Under the pieces are notes generated by a model. It was not told the DNA's origin. It ran no database searches and was given only the letters and a program-made list of their open reading frames with translations. Below, in pieces: positions 38,938 to 51,490 of a stretch of 64,000 bases of DNA (position 1 is the stretch's first letter; each line of letters begins with the position of its first letter). This DNA comes from Styela clava (lineage: Eukaryota): contig NC_135263.1 of NCBI RefSeq assembly GCF_964204865.1, forward strand, positions 15,438,001 through 15,502,000, given 5' to 3'. Both the position numbers and the translations under genes were made by a program.

Positions 38938-40490
38938 ATGTTAACGATAAAAACGCTGGGTCTGCTTTTACTCGTTAGCTGGTCAAATGCATTCGATGAT
39001 ACTCCAGCTTGTACGCAAATTGAAAATTTATTTCAAACACTCTGTGCCCGAGACGGGACACATACATCAATCAGAATCGAAACATCTCAAGGGTCTCCTG
39101 GGAAGAGAGGACCAGTTGGAGAAAAAGGGGAAATAGGCCGGCCGGGGCCCGCCGGGCCTCCAGCTATTGTGGATTATGAACGCATCGAAACTGAAATAGA
39201 AGAAAAGGTTGCGCCAGGTAAGATGATTTTTCAACTGGCGGTACAATTGAAAACATTAAAAATCATGAAAGACGCTGTTCTTATTCCTATGGTCGAATAT
39301 GAAAAGGCTCGACTCTTCTTCAAAAATCCTTTTTGCTCAACTTGTTAATATTTTCAAAACTGAACTCATAATAATGCCGTTTGATTTTTGACATTAAACA
39401 CATCTGCAACAGATCCACTTTTTAAAATAATTTAGCACAATTATATAACACCTGGAGTTTTTTTGATTTTCTTCTTTGTAAGCTGTTGACTTCCTCTTGT
39501 TCAAAAATACATACACCCTTTTTCAGTTAGCAGTCAATCAGCTGCAAACAACAACGCCCTCACCTTGGTGATTGAGAAATTGGAGGAACGAATAAAAATT
39601 TTAGAAAGCAGAGAAGGTATGCAGAAATATACAACAGCAATCTTTAAAACAGTACAGAGCTGCGTCTATGTAGACCTCGGTCAATAAAAATAGTCCAATC
39701 GAAAATTCGTCTTCTGAATAATCTTGGTAGTAAATTCTTTCACATAATTTCACGTCCGATTTTACCTCGCCGAGAGTATATAATTCAACTTAACAGAAAA
39801 ATTACTACATGTATTTTCCTATATTATTTAGGTGCGTGTGAGATAAAGTTCGACGGTAAATGCTACTGGGTAGAGACTCTTGATCATTCTGTGACAGACT
39901 ATGACAGATGGGAAGCCACATGTGCAGAACGGAATGGATCACCAGCAAACATTTATTCGAAGAAACATTACAATGTTATTATGCGATACCTTCGAGCGAA
40001 AATACTGACAAAGAGGGGAGTGATCGCCATATGGGTGGGAATGCGAACAAACCCAGCTGTGAATATATTTCTCTTTTCTTTTCAGTTCGGGTTGTTGAAA
40101 ATGTTTTAACAAAGTATATACATATATTAAGTGAGCGTTTGGATAATACCAATTTTATAATTTGTGATCGCATGGTAAGAATGTCAAAATGACACACGTA
40201 TACTAAAGCAAAATCTTTTACATTTTCCCTCGTCACTAATTCTATGTTATAAAACGAAAAAATGCTTGGCTTTGTTGCAGGAAACAATTTTTTTTTCACA
40301 GACTGGAATCGTGACACTTTCCGATGGAAGTCGAGCTCCATTTATGAAATGGTATCCTGGATTTCCCTCTAAACGTTCTGATCATACGCACATGACAATT
40401 GTTCAAAGAGTTCCATCAAGTTCTGCCAGCATTGGTATCCATAACTGGCCACCAACGCACACCAGAGAAGGCGTATTATGTGAATTATAG
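38938..40490 (+). CDS. Collectin-like protein, copy 5 (exons 38938-39217, 39527-39616, 39832-40058, 40302-40490)
   Basis: Intact GT-AG sites and frame; CTLD C-half is KWYPGFPSKRSDHTHM...HNWPPTHTREGVLCEL. Confidence 0.9.
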
Positions 40491-41019
40491 AGCAATAACA
40501 ATGCTTCAGACAATTTTCTTGACACGAAAATACATTTTTTATCTAACTCTAGGAGGCATTTTTCTTGAAGCTCATGCTTCAACAATCTCTTTGAAATGTT
40601 ATATGAAATAAAACCATGTGTATAAAGGTGACAAAGTCTATTTTTAACGGTGTAGAAAACCAGCTCACAACAAATAATTCAGTATCACACACCAGAACGC
40701 GAGTTTAGAATCTTATTGTGTACACCGAATGAATTGACGCTTCTAAGCAATCTGGAAATATCACAAACGGACCTTGCCAAATCACTTCAAAGGCTAAATA
40801 GAAATCTTCTGAGAACCACCTCTCTCACCAAGAGCATCCCAAGCACTACCTCACAAGCATAAATTCTACAAAGAAAAAGAGTGAAGATGGAATGAAAAAG
40901 CCATGTCTTAGACGTCTTGATTTTATTTGATACCACAGTGATCTTTGACCTGTTCTACATAATCAGACTTGGAGGGAATTGATTAACAGTGTAAACAAAA
41001 TGGGTAAACATTAGTTTTA

Positions 41020-42110
41020 AGATAGCATAGCATCCCTGACAAAACGATAGCAGTAGCGAGCTAGATTTAAGATGGATCTAAGCTTTTTTGAAGTATTTGG
41101 AGAAGGGAACTTGTTGATTGCTTCAACCTTTGAACCTAAAAAATCTAGCTTTTATTTACCGAACTCGCATTTATTCGAAAAAGTCCGTATTTTTGAAAGC
41201 TCAAGTAAAATTGTCTCATTGCTTGGCGATGTTGTCAGTTCCGATTGCATTCAATATATAGTTTATGAATACGAATATATTTTTCAAACCGGAAGTTACT
41301 TTCGACAGAAAACGAGAAAATGATGAACAGACGAAATTGTAGGATTAATGGTTCAAACGGTACTCCCGTAGTATGTGTAACAGGTTGGGGTTGGGCCATA
41401 ATTTTATTCCGATTTTACTTATTTTTGTTCTATCACGAGTTCGGGGACTGTCGGTGTTAGCCAAGTGAATATACCCCATGTTCATAGGCTTCAGTCCCTT
41501 CCCACAACTTGATGTAAATTAGGCCAACAAAATTAGTTACCTCCATATCTGTATACATACTAATGGAGCGCCGTTCAAACAATCCTCCAGTGCAGATGAA
41601 AGTAGCCTTCTTTATATCAGGTTGGCGAAGAGGTATTTTGTAATTCATTTGTATAATTGTAATTCATTTGCGCATGTGCGTAATTTGCCATCTATTTTTA
41701 TTGTCTGATTGTTGAGGGATCTATAATTAACGCAAGTACAGACCTCATTGTTATTCTTCTTTGATACAACTGCACTGGCAGATGAATAAGGGTAGTAAGA
41801 AGGAACTATGTCTCCTGACTTGATAATTTTTTTTAGTTGGTCCCGGAAATTTTGACGCAAGTGGGGTGAAAGTGGTCTTGCTTTAGAATGAACTGGTTGC
41901 CCGGTCGCAATAATACGGCTGGTTATGTTTTGTCCTAACAGTTGCATGCCGAAGGATTGTCAAATCTTCGAATTCTTCCAACAAATTGGCGTAGTGCTGA
42001 TGCCTTGGTGAAGTTGGTTTCTATTCATCTGCCAGAGAACTTTCTACCATATATGTAGGTATTGTAGTTTGGGTCAGCGAGTGCGCAAGTCAACCACAAG
42101 ATCATGCTTT
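41020..42110 (-). mobile_element. Decayed gypsy RT remnant downstream of copy 5 (homologues about 13300-14000, 21540-22240, 34220-34800, 59000-59353)
   Basis: IIATGQPVHSKARPLSP...IVPS..PYSS...CVNYRSLNNQT here, and KCEFGKQKLDFLG..KVEAINKFPFP..KKLRS in the 59011-59214 homologue; many stops and frameshifts. Confidence 0.8.
41359..41572. mobile_element. Same Merlin-like MITE family inserted independently into the gypsy remnant (partial copies about 34051-34214 and 59354-59561)
   Basis: ggtactcc...ggagcgcc flanked by 8-bp TSD gttcaaac; the empty site is seen in the RT remnant near 5985-5995. Confidence 0.8.
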
Positions 42111-45100
42111 GACAAAAAAATCAGCCTCTAATATTGGTTGAGAAACACGTAATATTAGGAAATTGCAGAAATGTTTGATATTTATCTGATGCAAAAGTCA
42201 TAGCTAGTTGGCCCTACCATGGTATTGGCGTACCGTTTGCCTCACACAACTCATGGCCTGGTCGAGCCGCTTGTGGCGTTTCTATTGTGGGGGAATCTGT
42301 TAATCCAGTATCAACTAAAAATCTTCGGTCGTTTTTTCATTGACATAATATAGAGAAGGTTTGTGTTCAAAAAATTGGAATAAAAATTATGAAGTGAATT
42401 GAACCATTTAGTACTGAAGTTAAATCTGTGAAACGCATCATGAACAATAAGAACAATAAGTCTGGTGATTGTCCGTCGCTATTATTATCAATTAGTACTA
42501 AATCAGTCACTCGCACTTTCGAGTTGAAATACGCTGCATATAATGATAAAACGTAAATAAAAACATTTGGCTAAAATGCATGCAATAAAATGGTCGATAA
42601 AGGGGTCTTTTAAAATTATATCGCAAAGGTCTAAAACCACTCGAATCAGTCAGTTTTGGGAATAGAATCTTTAAAAATCTTGATTTCAGGTTTCTTCGAT
42701 TCTTGCAGTTGAGGCTTGAAGTTAATCTTGATAGGCACGTCGGGATGTCACCAACTTTCTGTAGGGTTGCGTACCCTTATTTTCCTATTAACTCCTTGCG
42801 TGCCTAGACTGGCTTTTTTTTTTAATTGTTCGCTTCAAAGTCTCTGACAATAACAAGTAGACTGCTTGGTTGTATAGTATTTAATTGAAAACGGCAATGA
42901 TAAAATAAAAAAAGAGCCATAAAACAGCAAAAGACTTAACTTCAAGTTAGATTGAGGCAGAAGGTTGCTTGTTGCGGTTGATGTGGTCGCAGAGTTAAAA
43001 GTAGAGTGCGACGAGTTATGCGACCAATCAACAGCTAAAGCGACCCTGACGCTATAAGTCTTTTGTGTATTTTGCATTCGTTCCAACTTAAAATCTTCAC
43101 TCAGTCTGCTGTGTGCTGCCATGCTGTTACGTTACCCGTTGGTTACCTCACCGGTCCTTGTCGGTGTCCGGATTCTATTTTTTGTAACGGATTTGTTTTT
43201 GGGACATTAATGTTTTTAATTATATATATTGTTTGACTTCTTTCTATTCAATCTGTATCAAAGTTAGACTTTTATCACGGGTGTCGCTTCGCGATGTTCC
43301 CATCAAGTGTATTTTCAGTTTGGTGAGTTGCCTCATGGGCATATTGGGCTGCAATATTTGACCGTAAGTTTGATATTTTTAATTTAGACAAGACTTGCAC
43401 ACCGAGTGCAATATACATGTAAAGACTTGTTCTATGTCAATATGCCTTCGCCCTGAATAAAAAAAAAAGTGGTTATCGTGTTAAAAATGCATTAGTTTTG
43501 TTATGACAAGTTTGAAAAGTGTGTGGAGGTGTGCCATGTCTGGTCATCGAAGCTTTGCTACCACTCATAGCAATAGCTAAGTAGCTTAGGTGTTCATCGT
43601 TGTTCGGTATTTTGTATATATAGATTTTTGAGTCGTCTCTTTGTTGCCCAAGTTTACAGTTTGGTGTTATAATGTCACAGACAAAAATGTAGGCTTAACT
43701 CAAGCAAAAGTTACCCCTCCAGGATACCAGACGTTCATTCTGATCATTTTTTGTGTTAATCAATCAACCGAACAAAACAGAAATACATCATAACTTATAT
43801 ATCGTTGAACGATGATATTGTTTAATTCTGAATTGCTTTGAAAAATGTTTTTCAAATCCGCATAATATAACGAAGTAATCACATTTTGTCAACTAGGTGT
43901 TGTTTGTGTTCCAAGAATTAATACCAATACGATGTTGTTCGAGTTAAAAATCTCCAAACGCTGCATTTCCTCGACGTCAGTTACTTTCAATTGTACACCT
44001 ATAGATTGAAAGTATTAAAGAAACAAACGCATGACTGCCGACACGGAGCAAAATCTGCCGAACTTCTGAAAACATTATTTGAAACTGCATTTTGTAACGT
44101 AATTGAGGCTGCAAAAATTTTCGCGTTATTCATTCGTCATAGGCAATGAGAAAATGCATCACGAAATTGTTTTAGTCAACTTTACTTTTAAATTTGAGTT
44201 AAATTGTGTAATTGCGAATAATGAACGACTGTGGTTGCTCATAGAATAATAATACCACTATACTGTACTCAATATGCTGTTTTTTCAATGTCGGGCACTA
44301 GTTTGGGATATAAATAATCAAAGTGCAAATGTTCATGAGTTCAGATGTCCGTGGGTGCAAAAGTATGCAGGTGCAATTGCCCTGGGTGCAAATGTACGTG
44401 GGTTCTAAGATAATGGAACTGCAATTAAAATATCGTTTAAGAAAAATACGAAAAATTGTGATTATTATGTCTCAAAATGCGTAAGTTTTGTTATGACAAA
44501 CTTGAAAATTGTGTGGAGGTGTGCCATGTCTCATAGCAATCGCTAAGTAGCTCAGATGTTTTATCGTTGTTCTGTATTTTTATGTATATATAAAAAAAAA
44601 TTAGGCCTAACCCAAGCGAATGTTATGAGACCTCTCCAGGAAACCAGGCATGCATTCTGATCATTTTTTTTTGCGTCCATCAATCAACCAAACAAAACAC
44701 ACAAAGACTTCATAACTTGTATATCGTTGAACAAGGACATTGTTCAGTCTTTAAATTCTTTGAAAAATATCTTTCAAATTCGCATATTATAACGAAGTAA
44801 TGGCATTTTGCCAACTAGGTGTTGTTTGTGTTCTATGGACTGATACCAATACGATCTGTTGTTCGAATTGAAAATCTCCAATCGCGGCGTTTCCTCGGCG
44901 TCAATTACTCTCATTATACACCTATATATTATTAACATTGAAGAAACAAACGCATGACTGCAGCCACGGAGCGAAATCTGCTGAACTTGATAAAATCTGA
45001 AAGCGCAAGAACCTATTAATACCTCGACGGGACACTGCATTTTGTAATGTGATTGAGGCTGCAAAAATTTTAGCGTTTTTTAATCGTTACAGGCAACGAG

Positions 45101-45781
45101 AAGGTGCATCACGAAATTGATTTAGTCAATTTTGAAAATTTATTTTTAAAGTTGAGTCAAGTTGTATAATGTTGGATAATGAACAATTGTGATTGCTCAT
45201 AGAATACTAATACCGCTATACCCGATATATTATTTGCCTAAATGTCGGGCACTTGTTTGGGATATGATTAATCAAAGTTTTATAAATACGCACTGAGTGA
45301 AATGTAAAAACTCCTAATGAAAAATTTTTGGACCAAGCGTTGTTTTTTAGAACCCGATGCTGACTGGGACTCACGCTGATAAAAGAGTTCTTTGGGATGT
45401 CGTCGGAATTTTATGAGTTATTTTTTTAGCACCGAAAAAGGATGGGATTTTATGTATTGACCAGTTTCAAATGAAGAGAATAAGTCATCTAACTTTCCGC
45501 TATATATATTAAATAAGATGTCGCCGAATAATCAAATTTTTTCTATATATATATTGTCATATATATATACCACTGAGCACATTGCTGAAAATTTTAAATT
45601 AAAAAAAAAAACAGAAAATGTTTTATATATTGGGTATTCATGCTGAGTTCAGTTTTGTGTTTCTGAAAAAGCTGATTTCAACTACAGCAATATTGGATAA
45701 AACTTTATTTTGTTATTTTTTTTAAAATAGTTTCATATGCATAAGCCTATTGAAAATAGAATCTTTAGATAAATCTGCGTC

Positions 45782-47620
45782 ATGTTAACGATAAAAACGC
45801 TGGGTCTGCTTTTACTTGTTAGCTGGTCAAATGCATTTGATGATACTCCAGCTTGTACGCAAATTGAAAATTTATTTCAAACACTCTGTGCCCGAGACGG
45901 GACACATACATCAATCAGAATCGAAACATCTCAAGGGTCTCCTGGGAAGAGAGGACCAATTGGAGAAAAAGGTGAAATAGGCCGGCCTGGACCCGTCGGG
46001 CCTCCAGCTATTGTGGATTATGAACGCATCGAAACTGAAATAGAAGAGAAGGTTGCGCCAAGTAAGATGATTTTTCAGCTGGCGGACAATTGAAAGCAAT
46101 AAAAATCACGAAAGACGCTGTTCTTATTCCTATGGTTGAATATGAAAGGGCTCGACTCTTCTTCAAAAATCCGTTTTGCTTAACTTATTAATATTTTCAA
46201 AACTGAACTCATAAAAATGCCATTTGATTTTTGGACATTATACACATCTGCAACAGATCCACTTTATAAAATGATTTAGCACAATTATATAACACGTGGA
46301 GCAATTTTAATTTTCTTTATTGTAAGCTGTTGACTTCATCTTGTTCAAAAATACATACACCCTTTTCAGGTATCTGTCAATCAGCTGCGAACAACAACGC
46401 CCTTACCTTGGTGATTGAGAAATTGGAGGAACGAATAAAGATTTTCGAAAGCAGAGAAGGTATGCCGAAAAATACAACAGCAATCTTAAAAACCGTATAG
46501 AGCTGCGTTCATGTAGACTCCGGTCAAAAAAAGTCAAATCGAAAATTCATCGTTTCAATAATCTTGGTAGGAAACATCTTGGTAGTAAACAAACTTTCTT
46601 ATAAGCTCATGCCCGATTTTACCAGAAAATGATGTATATTCCTAAATTATTCAGGGGCGTGTGAGATAAAGTTCGACGGTAAATGCTACTGGGTAGAGAG
46701 TCTTGATCATGGTGTGACAGGCTATGACAGATGGGAAGCCTCATGTGCAGAACGGAATGGCTCACCAGCGAATATTTATTCGGAAAAACATTACAATGTC
46801 ATCATGCGATACCTTCGAGCGAAAATATTTGCAAAGAGTAATGGTATTTACCTATGGGTGAGAATGCGAACAAACCCAGCTGTAAATATATTTACATATA
46901 TATTTTTTTCAATTTGAATAGTAAAATATGTTTCAACAAAGTCCGCATTTGTAGCAAATTTTAACGTTTCTTGATACTCTTTACCTGACGATCGTTTGTA
47001 ATTTTCCAAAGGCTTTGTGATTAAAGACTGTTGTTTTCGCTAGAAGCCTATTACTTGTATTTATTCCAAAATTTTCTATGAATCCCATGAGATCTAATAT
47101 TTTATTCAACATTTCGCTATCCCATTTTTTTCCTTCACGAGAACGCAATTTTCATGCAGACAAGTTACTAAGATGCGGAAAACTACTTCGTTTTATACTT
47201 CGTGTTGATATATATTTGAAATCTTCCACTTGTTGTTTTCATTAGAGATATATTAAACGAGCGTTTGGAGAATACCAATTTTCTAATTTGTGATCACATT
47301 GTAAAAACGTCCAGGATGCCACACGTATACTGAAGCAAAATATTTTGTATTTTCCTTCGTCACTAATTCTATGTTATGAAACGAAAAGTTGTTTGACTTT
47401 GTTTCAGGAAACAATATTCTTTTCTTTACAGACTGGAATCGTGACATTTTCCGATGGAAGTCGAGCTCCATTTATGAAATGGTATCCTGGATATCCCTCT
47501 AAATCTTCTGCTTATACGCACATGACAATTGTTCAAAGAGTTCCATCAAGTTCTGTCAACATTGGTATTCACAACTGTCCACCAACGTCCAGCAGAGAGG
47601 GCGTATTATGTGAATTATAG
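45782..47620 (+). CDS. Collectin-like protein, copy 6 (exons 45782-46061, 46370-46459, 46655-46881, 47432-47620); possibly degenerating
   Basis: Frame is open, but WVGM has become WVRM, there are new Cys residues in the neck (SICQ) and at HNC, and the exon 1 donor context is changed (CAA|gtaag). Confidence 0.8.
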
Positions 47621-48922
47621 AGCAATAATATTGATTCGGATAATTTTCTTGACATGGACTACTTTGTATTTTTATCTAATTCACAAAGAATTTTTTTTCA
47701 AGGCTTTTTTTTGAAATGTCATGTGAAATATATCCAAATGTATAAAGGTAACGAATCTATTATTAACGGTGTAGAAAAACAGCACACAGCAAATAATTCA
47801 GTTTTGACACGTATTGTTTATCCCGTTTTTTTCTTTTCCCCGTGTCTTATTTCAATTTTCTTTTGAAAAATAACACTAGGGCTTATCAGGTGTGTTTTTT
47901 ATTTTCATATATCAAAAACAAAGTTACACAGTGGAGAATGATGAAATTTTCAAATACACAAAATTGGTGAGCCGATATCCATTTACTCATAAATAACCTA
48001 ACATTTTCCTCTTCCACGCGTCTTAGATTATTCATTTACTGTTGGTGAGATTTCTTGCTATCGACTAGGTCAAAAAAAAAATAAAAATTTGCGCTATAAA
48101 CTAGGTCTTATTTTAAGGCGAGTGTCCCACATCACCCCAAAGACTTTACGTTGAATCAGTACTCGTTTTACTGTACTCTCACTGACTCAACTGTATAATT
48201 GACCAGATTTATGCTGGCTTATACTGATTTGACTTCTTTTTCCTGGCGGAAAAGTATGTTTTTTTCGTTTACTAAATAAGTATGTAACAAACTAAAAGTC
48301 CGAATTTTTCATATTTGTATTTAAGACATCATTATAAATACTAGCATCAGCGAAGAAATGAAATATATTATATAATATTCTATATATAAGTAAATCAACA
48401 CTTTTCTAAAAAATATATTCATATTGTTTCAGATTCCCGCCGGTTTTTTTCATTTATATTTTAACAGTTCACTCCGAACAAGGTTCTGGCCAAGTAGACA
48501 ATAAATTCTTCCGAATCAATGAATGTATACTTAAATCTTAGTATAACATGGAGTGAACACATGCAAATTAGGCATATTTCAAACGAATACCCGTTTGCCG
48601 TTTTAGAATGTTAATTCTGGAGTGAGTATAAGGACGGTTTTTCATATCTTCGTATTAAATAAAATTATAAAGAAAACGTCTTTCAAGTGTGGAGAAACTC
48701 CATTCTCTTAATATTTTCACCAATGCAAACATTCAGCCCAATTTTTACACAGGATACATATCTTCTGATACATTTTCAATTCAGATATCATTGAATTGAG
48801 TATAGACACACACGCAGCGTTTTCTTGTATACTGGATTCTGCTATCAAATTTAACTCTTCATCTTATGTTCCGTCATAAGAAAAATTGACTAAAAATAAC
48901 CACGAATCCCAGATTCAAAAGT

Positions 48923-49815
48923 ATGACGAGAACAATCAAAAATGATCGATTCTGAAATAGAAAATGGATAAAATATTATTAATATCGATTTTTGAATAAT
49001 GGAATATCGTTTTAGTAAAAAGTTCATTCTAGTGACACATAGGCTCGGCAGCTGCCACGTGGGGAATAATCATATGCGAGGGGATCGAGTATTTCCTACC
49101 GAGATCTTTTCCTGAAATGTGTTATTTTCATCCTGTTTATTGTTAAAAAAAATATTAAAATATATTTAGAAAACGAATTAAATTTCTGTAATGCTGGTTA
49201 AAACGAATACTATGTTTTGGTTTAATTGTTACCTCGCGTAGATCCACTGGAACATAATGCACCGCAATAAATTCATATTGTTTTAGTAGCTCTTGGCGTT
49301 CAAGTGGTCGCCATAACTGCGATCGCAGATGCGCCCCCCTTCATTTTTGTGCGAGCTCGCATGGCCTTGTTTCGAGTATATATCCTTACAAAAATTGAGC
49401 ATATCGTATTGATATTATATTTCCGTAACCAGAAATAAAATCCAGTGTGAAAAATGTAAACGCGACGGCTGTACAGATGATTTCTTTCTGAACCTAATTT
49501 ATCTTAGATTTAGACGAGTCGTTGCTCTAGTTGAAATCCCAACATGGTGGTACACTAGACACAAAACACATTATATAAACTTGTTTCAGACGTATGGACT
49601 TGGTAGTTAAGAGAGGCCTAACCCACCAGCGGTTTTGTGATCCAGCGATCCTCTCGCATATGATCATTCCTCACGGGCCAGCTGCCGAGCCTATGTGTCA
49701 CTGGTCGTTAGAATGTACTTCTTTCTAAAACGATATTCCATTATTCCAAAATCGATATTAATTATATTATTCATTTTCTATTTCAGAATCGATCATTTTT
49801 GATTGTTCTCGTCAT
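48923..49815. mobile_element. Non-autonomous element with long (about 165 bp) terminal inverted repeats
   Basis: 48923-49087 is the reverse complement of about 49645-49815; no ORF; TSD unclear. Confidence 0.75.
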
Positions 49816-49874
49816 TCCAGATTATTTTATCTAATAGCTCGTTTCGCGGGTACATCATTCAAAACTTCAGACAC

Positions 49875-49945
49875 TTCTCCGCGGGCCGCACAATTTTTCT
49901 TTGCGGGCCGCATTTGGCCCTCGGTCCGTAGTTTGCCAACCCCTG
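49875..49945. mobile_element. hAT-type MITE right end
   Basis: gcgggccgca...ggccc...gtttgccaacccctg, resembling the right end of the 26228-27067 element. Confidence 0.55.
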
Positions 49946-50264
49946 CTCTACTCAGTAAGAAGTAGATTATTTTTGCTTGTCACCCCGCACTAATTAATTT
50001 TAATATGATGGAAACGCTCGCCATTTCGCCGCATGTTACGCAACGCAGGAACTGCGTGTTCGAATTGCACGATTTATATTATTTGCATTAGACACGATTG
50101 CTTTATTTGGTTTGTCGCGGTGTCATTCATCACAAGGGTTCTTGTCCACTATAATTACCTGAAAAAAGCAACTGATAGGCTATATCATTTCAGCATTCCT
50201 AACAACATATTCTAACAGCATTTCTGACAAAATATCGGCTATGTCGATAGTACTGTCCACAATC

Positions 50265-50648
50265 AAGCGAGTCTCTACCCAGTAGCATTTACCGTCGAAC
50301 TTTATCTCACACGCCCCTGAATAATATTGGGAAATGCATGTGTTAATTAAGTGTTAAGTTGAATTATATACTCTCGGCGAGATAAAAGAGGGCATGAACT
50401 TATGTGAAAGAATTTACTACCAAGATTATTCAGAAGACGAATTTTCGATTGGAAGTTTTTTTATTGACCGAGGTCTACATGGACGCAGCTCTGTACTGTT
50501 TTAAAGACTTCTGTTGCATTTTTCTGCATACCCTCTCTTCTCTACTTTCTAGAATCTTTATTCGTTCCTCCAATTTCTCAATCACCAAGGTGAGGGCGTT
50601 GTTGTTCGCAGCTGATTGACTGATAACTGAAAAGGGTGTAAGTATTTT
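50265..50648 (-). pseudogene. Inverted collectin gene fragment (exon 2 at 50626-50532, intron 2, 5' part of exon 3 from 50316)
   Basis: The reverse complement encodes VISQSAANNNALTLVIEKLEERIKILESRE (exon is 95 nt, +5) and ACEIKFDGKCYWVE; it is truncated at both ends. Confidence 0.9.
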
Positions 50649-50954
50649 CACTTGTCCCATGTGTCCCTAATTCGCAAAATGGCAAAAATACGGGTTCCTA
50701 ACGGCGATAAAGAATTAGCAAGATTGCAAACATACTCATCAAAATTAAATATAATTAGACAGTTTATCTCATGTGTTTATGTCCGCATATTACATCTGTT
50801 TTTTTTAGAGTAGTAATGTATTTAAAAGTAGCCACGGCGAGTTACGGTAGACACAATTAAGTTAATTACCATGGATTGACAATTATACGCCACAGAAGAG
50901 TCTCACTGAAAAAGTCGTTTTTTTAACGAGCGAATAGTCACGGCGACTGTTTTA

Positions 50955-51490
50955 TGAGGGAAACGAAATATATATAGACAAAATATCTGGTGAATGGAAT
51001 GTATGTAAACGGGATTCATGTGGACAAAATATTCGGCGAATAAGATACATGTGAACAAAACTCATGGACAAAATGTATGAAGAGAAAACACTTCGCGAAT
51101 GAGCTGTTGTTTCATCAGGGAAACGAGATATATATGGACAAAATGTATGGTTAATTAGATGCATGATAAACGACATTCATGTGGGTAAAATATCAGGCGA
51201 ATGAGATATATGTGGACAAAACCCCTTGGCGAAATGTATGGAGAGAAAACATTCAGCGAATGAGCTGTTGTTTCATCAGGGAAACGAGATTTATATGGAC
51301 AAAATATCTGGCGAATGAGATATAGGTGGACAAAACCCCTGAATGTATGAAAACAAAACATTTCACGAATGAGCTGTTGGTGGACAAAACATCTGTTAAA
51401 TAGTATGTATGATAAATGGGATACATGTGGACAAAATACATATTGTACATGTGGACAAAACATTTGATGAATAAGATGTAGGTGTAAAAG
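50955..51490. repeat. Degenerate tandem repeat (tggacaaaa / gcgaatgag units)
   Basis: Recurring tggacaaaa motif and a repeated gcgaatgagctgttgtttcatcagggaaacgagat block. Confidence 0.75.

Noticed and set aside
46367-46375. AG|GT recursive splice site at copy 6 exon 2
   Set aside because: A single substitution in a short intron; no support without RNA data.
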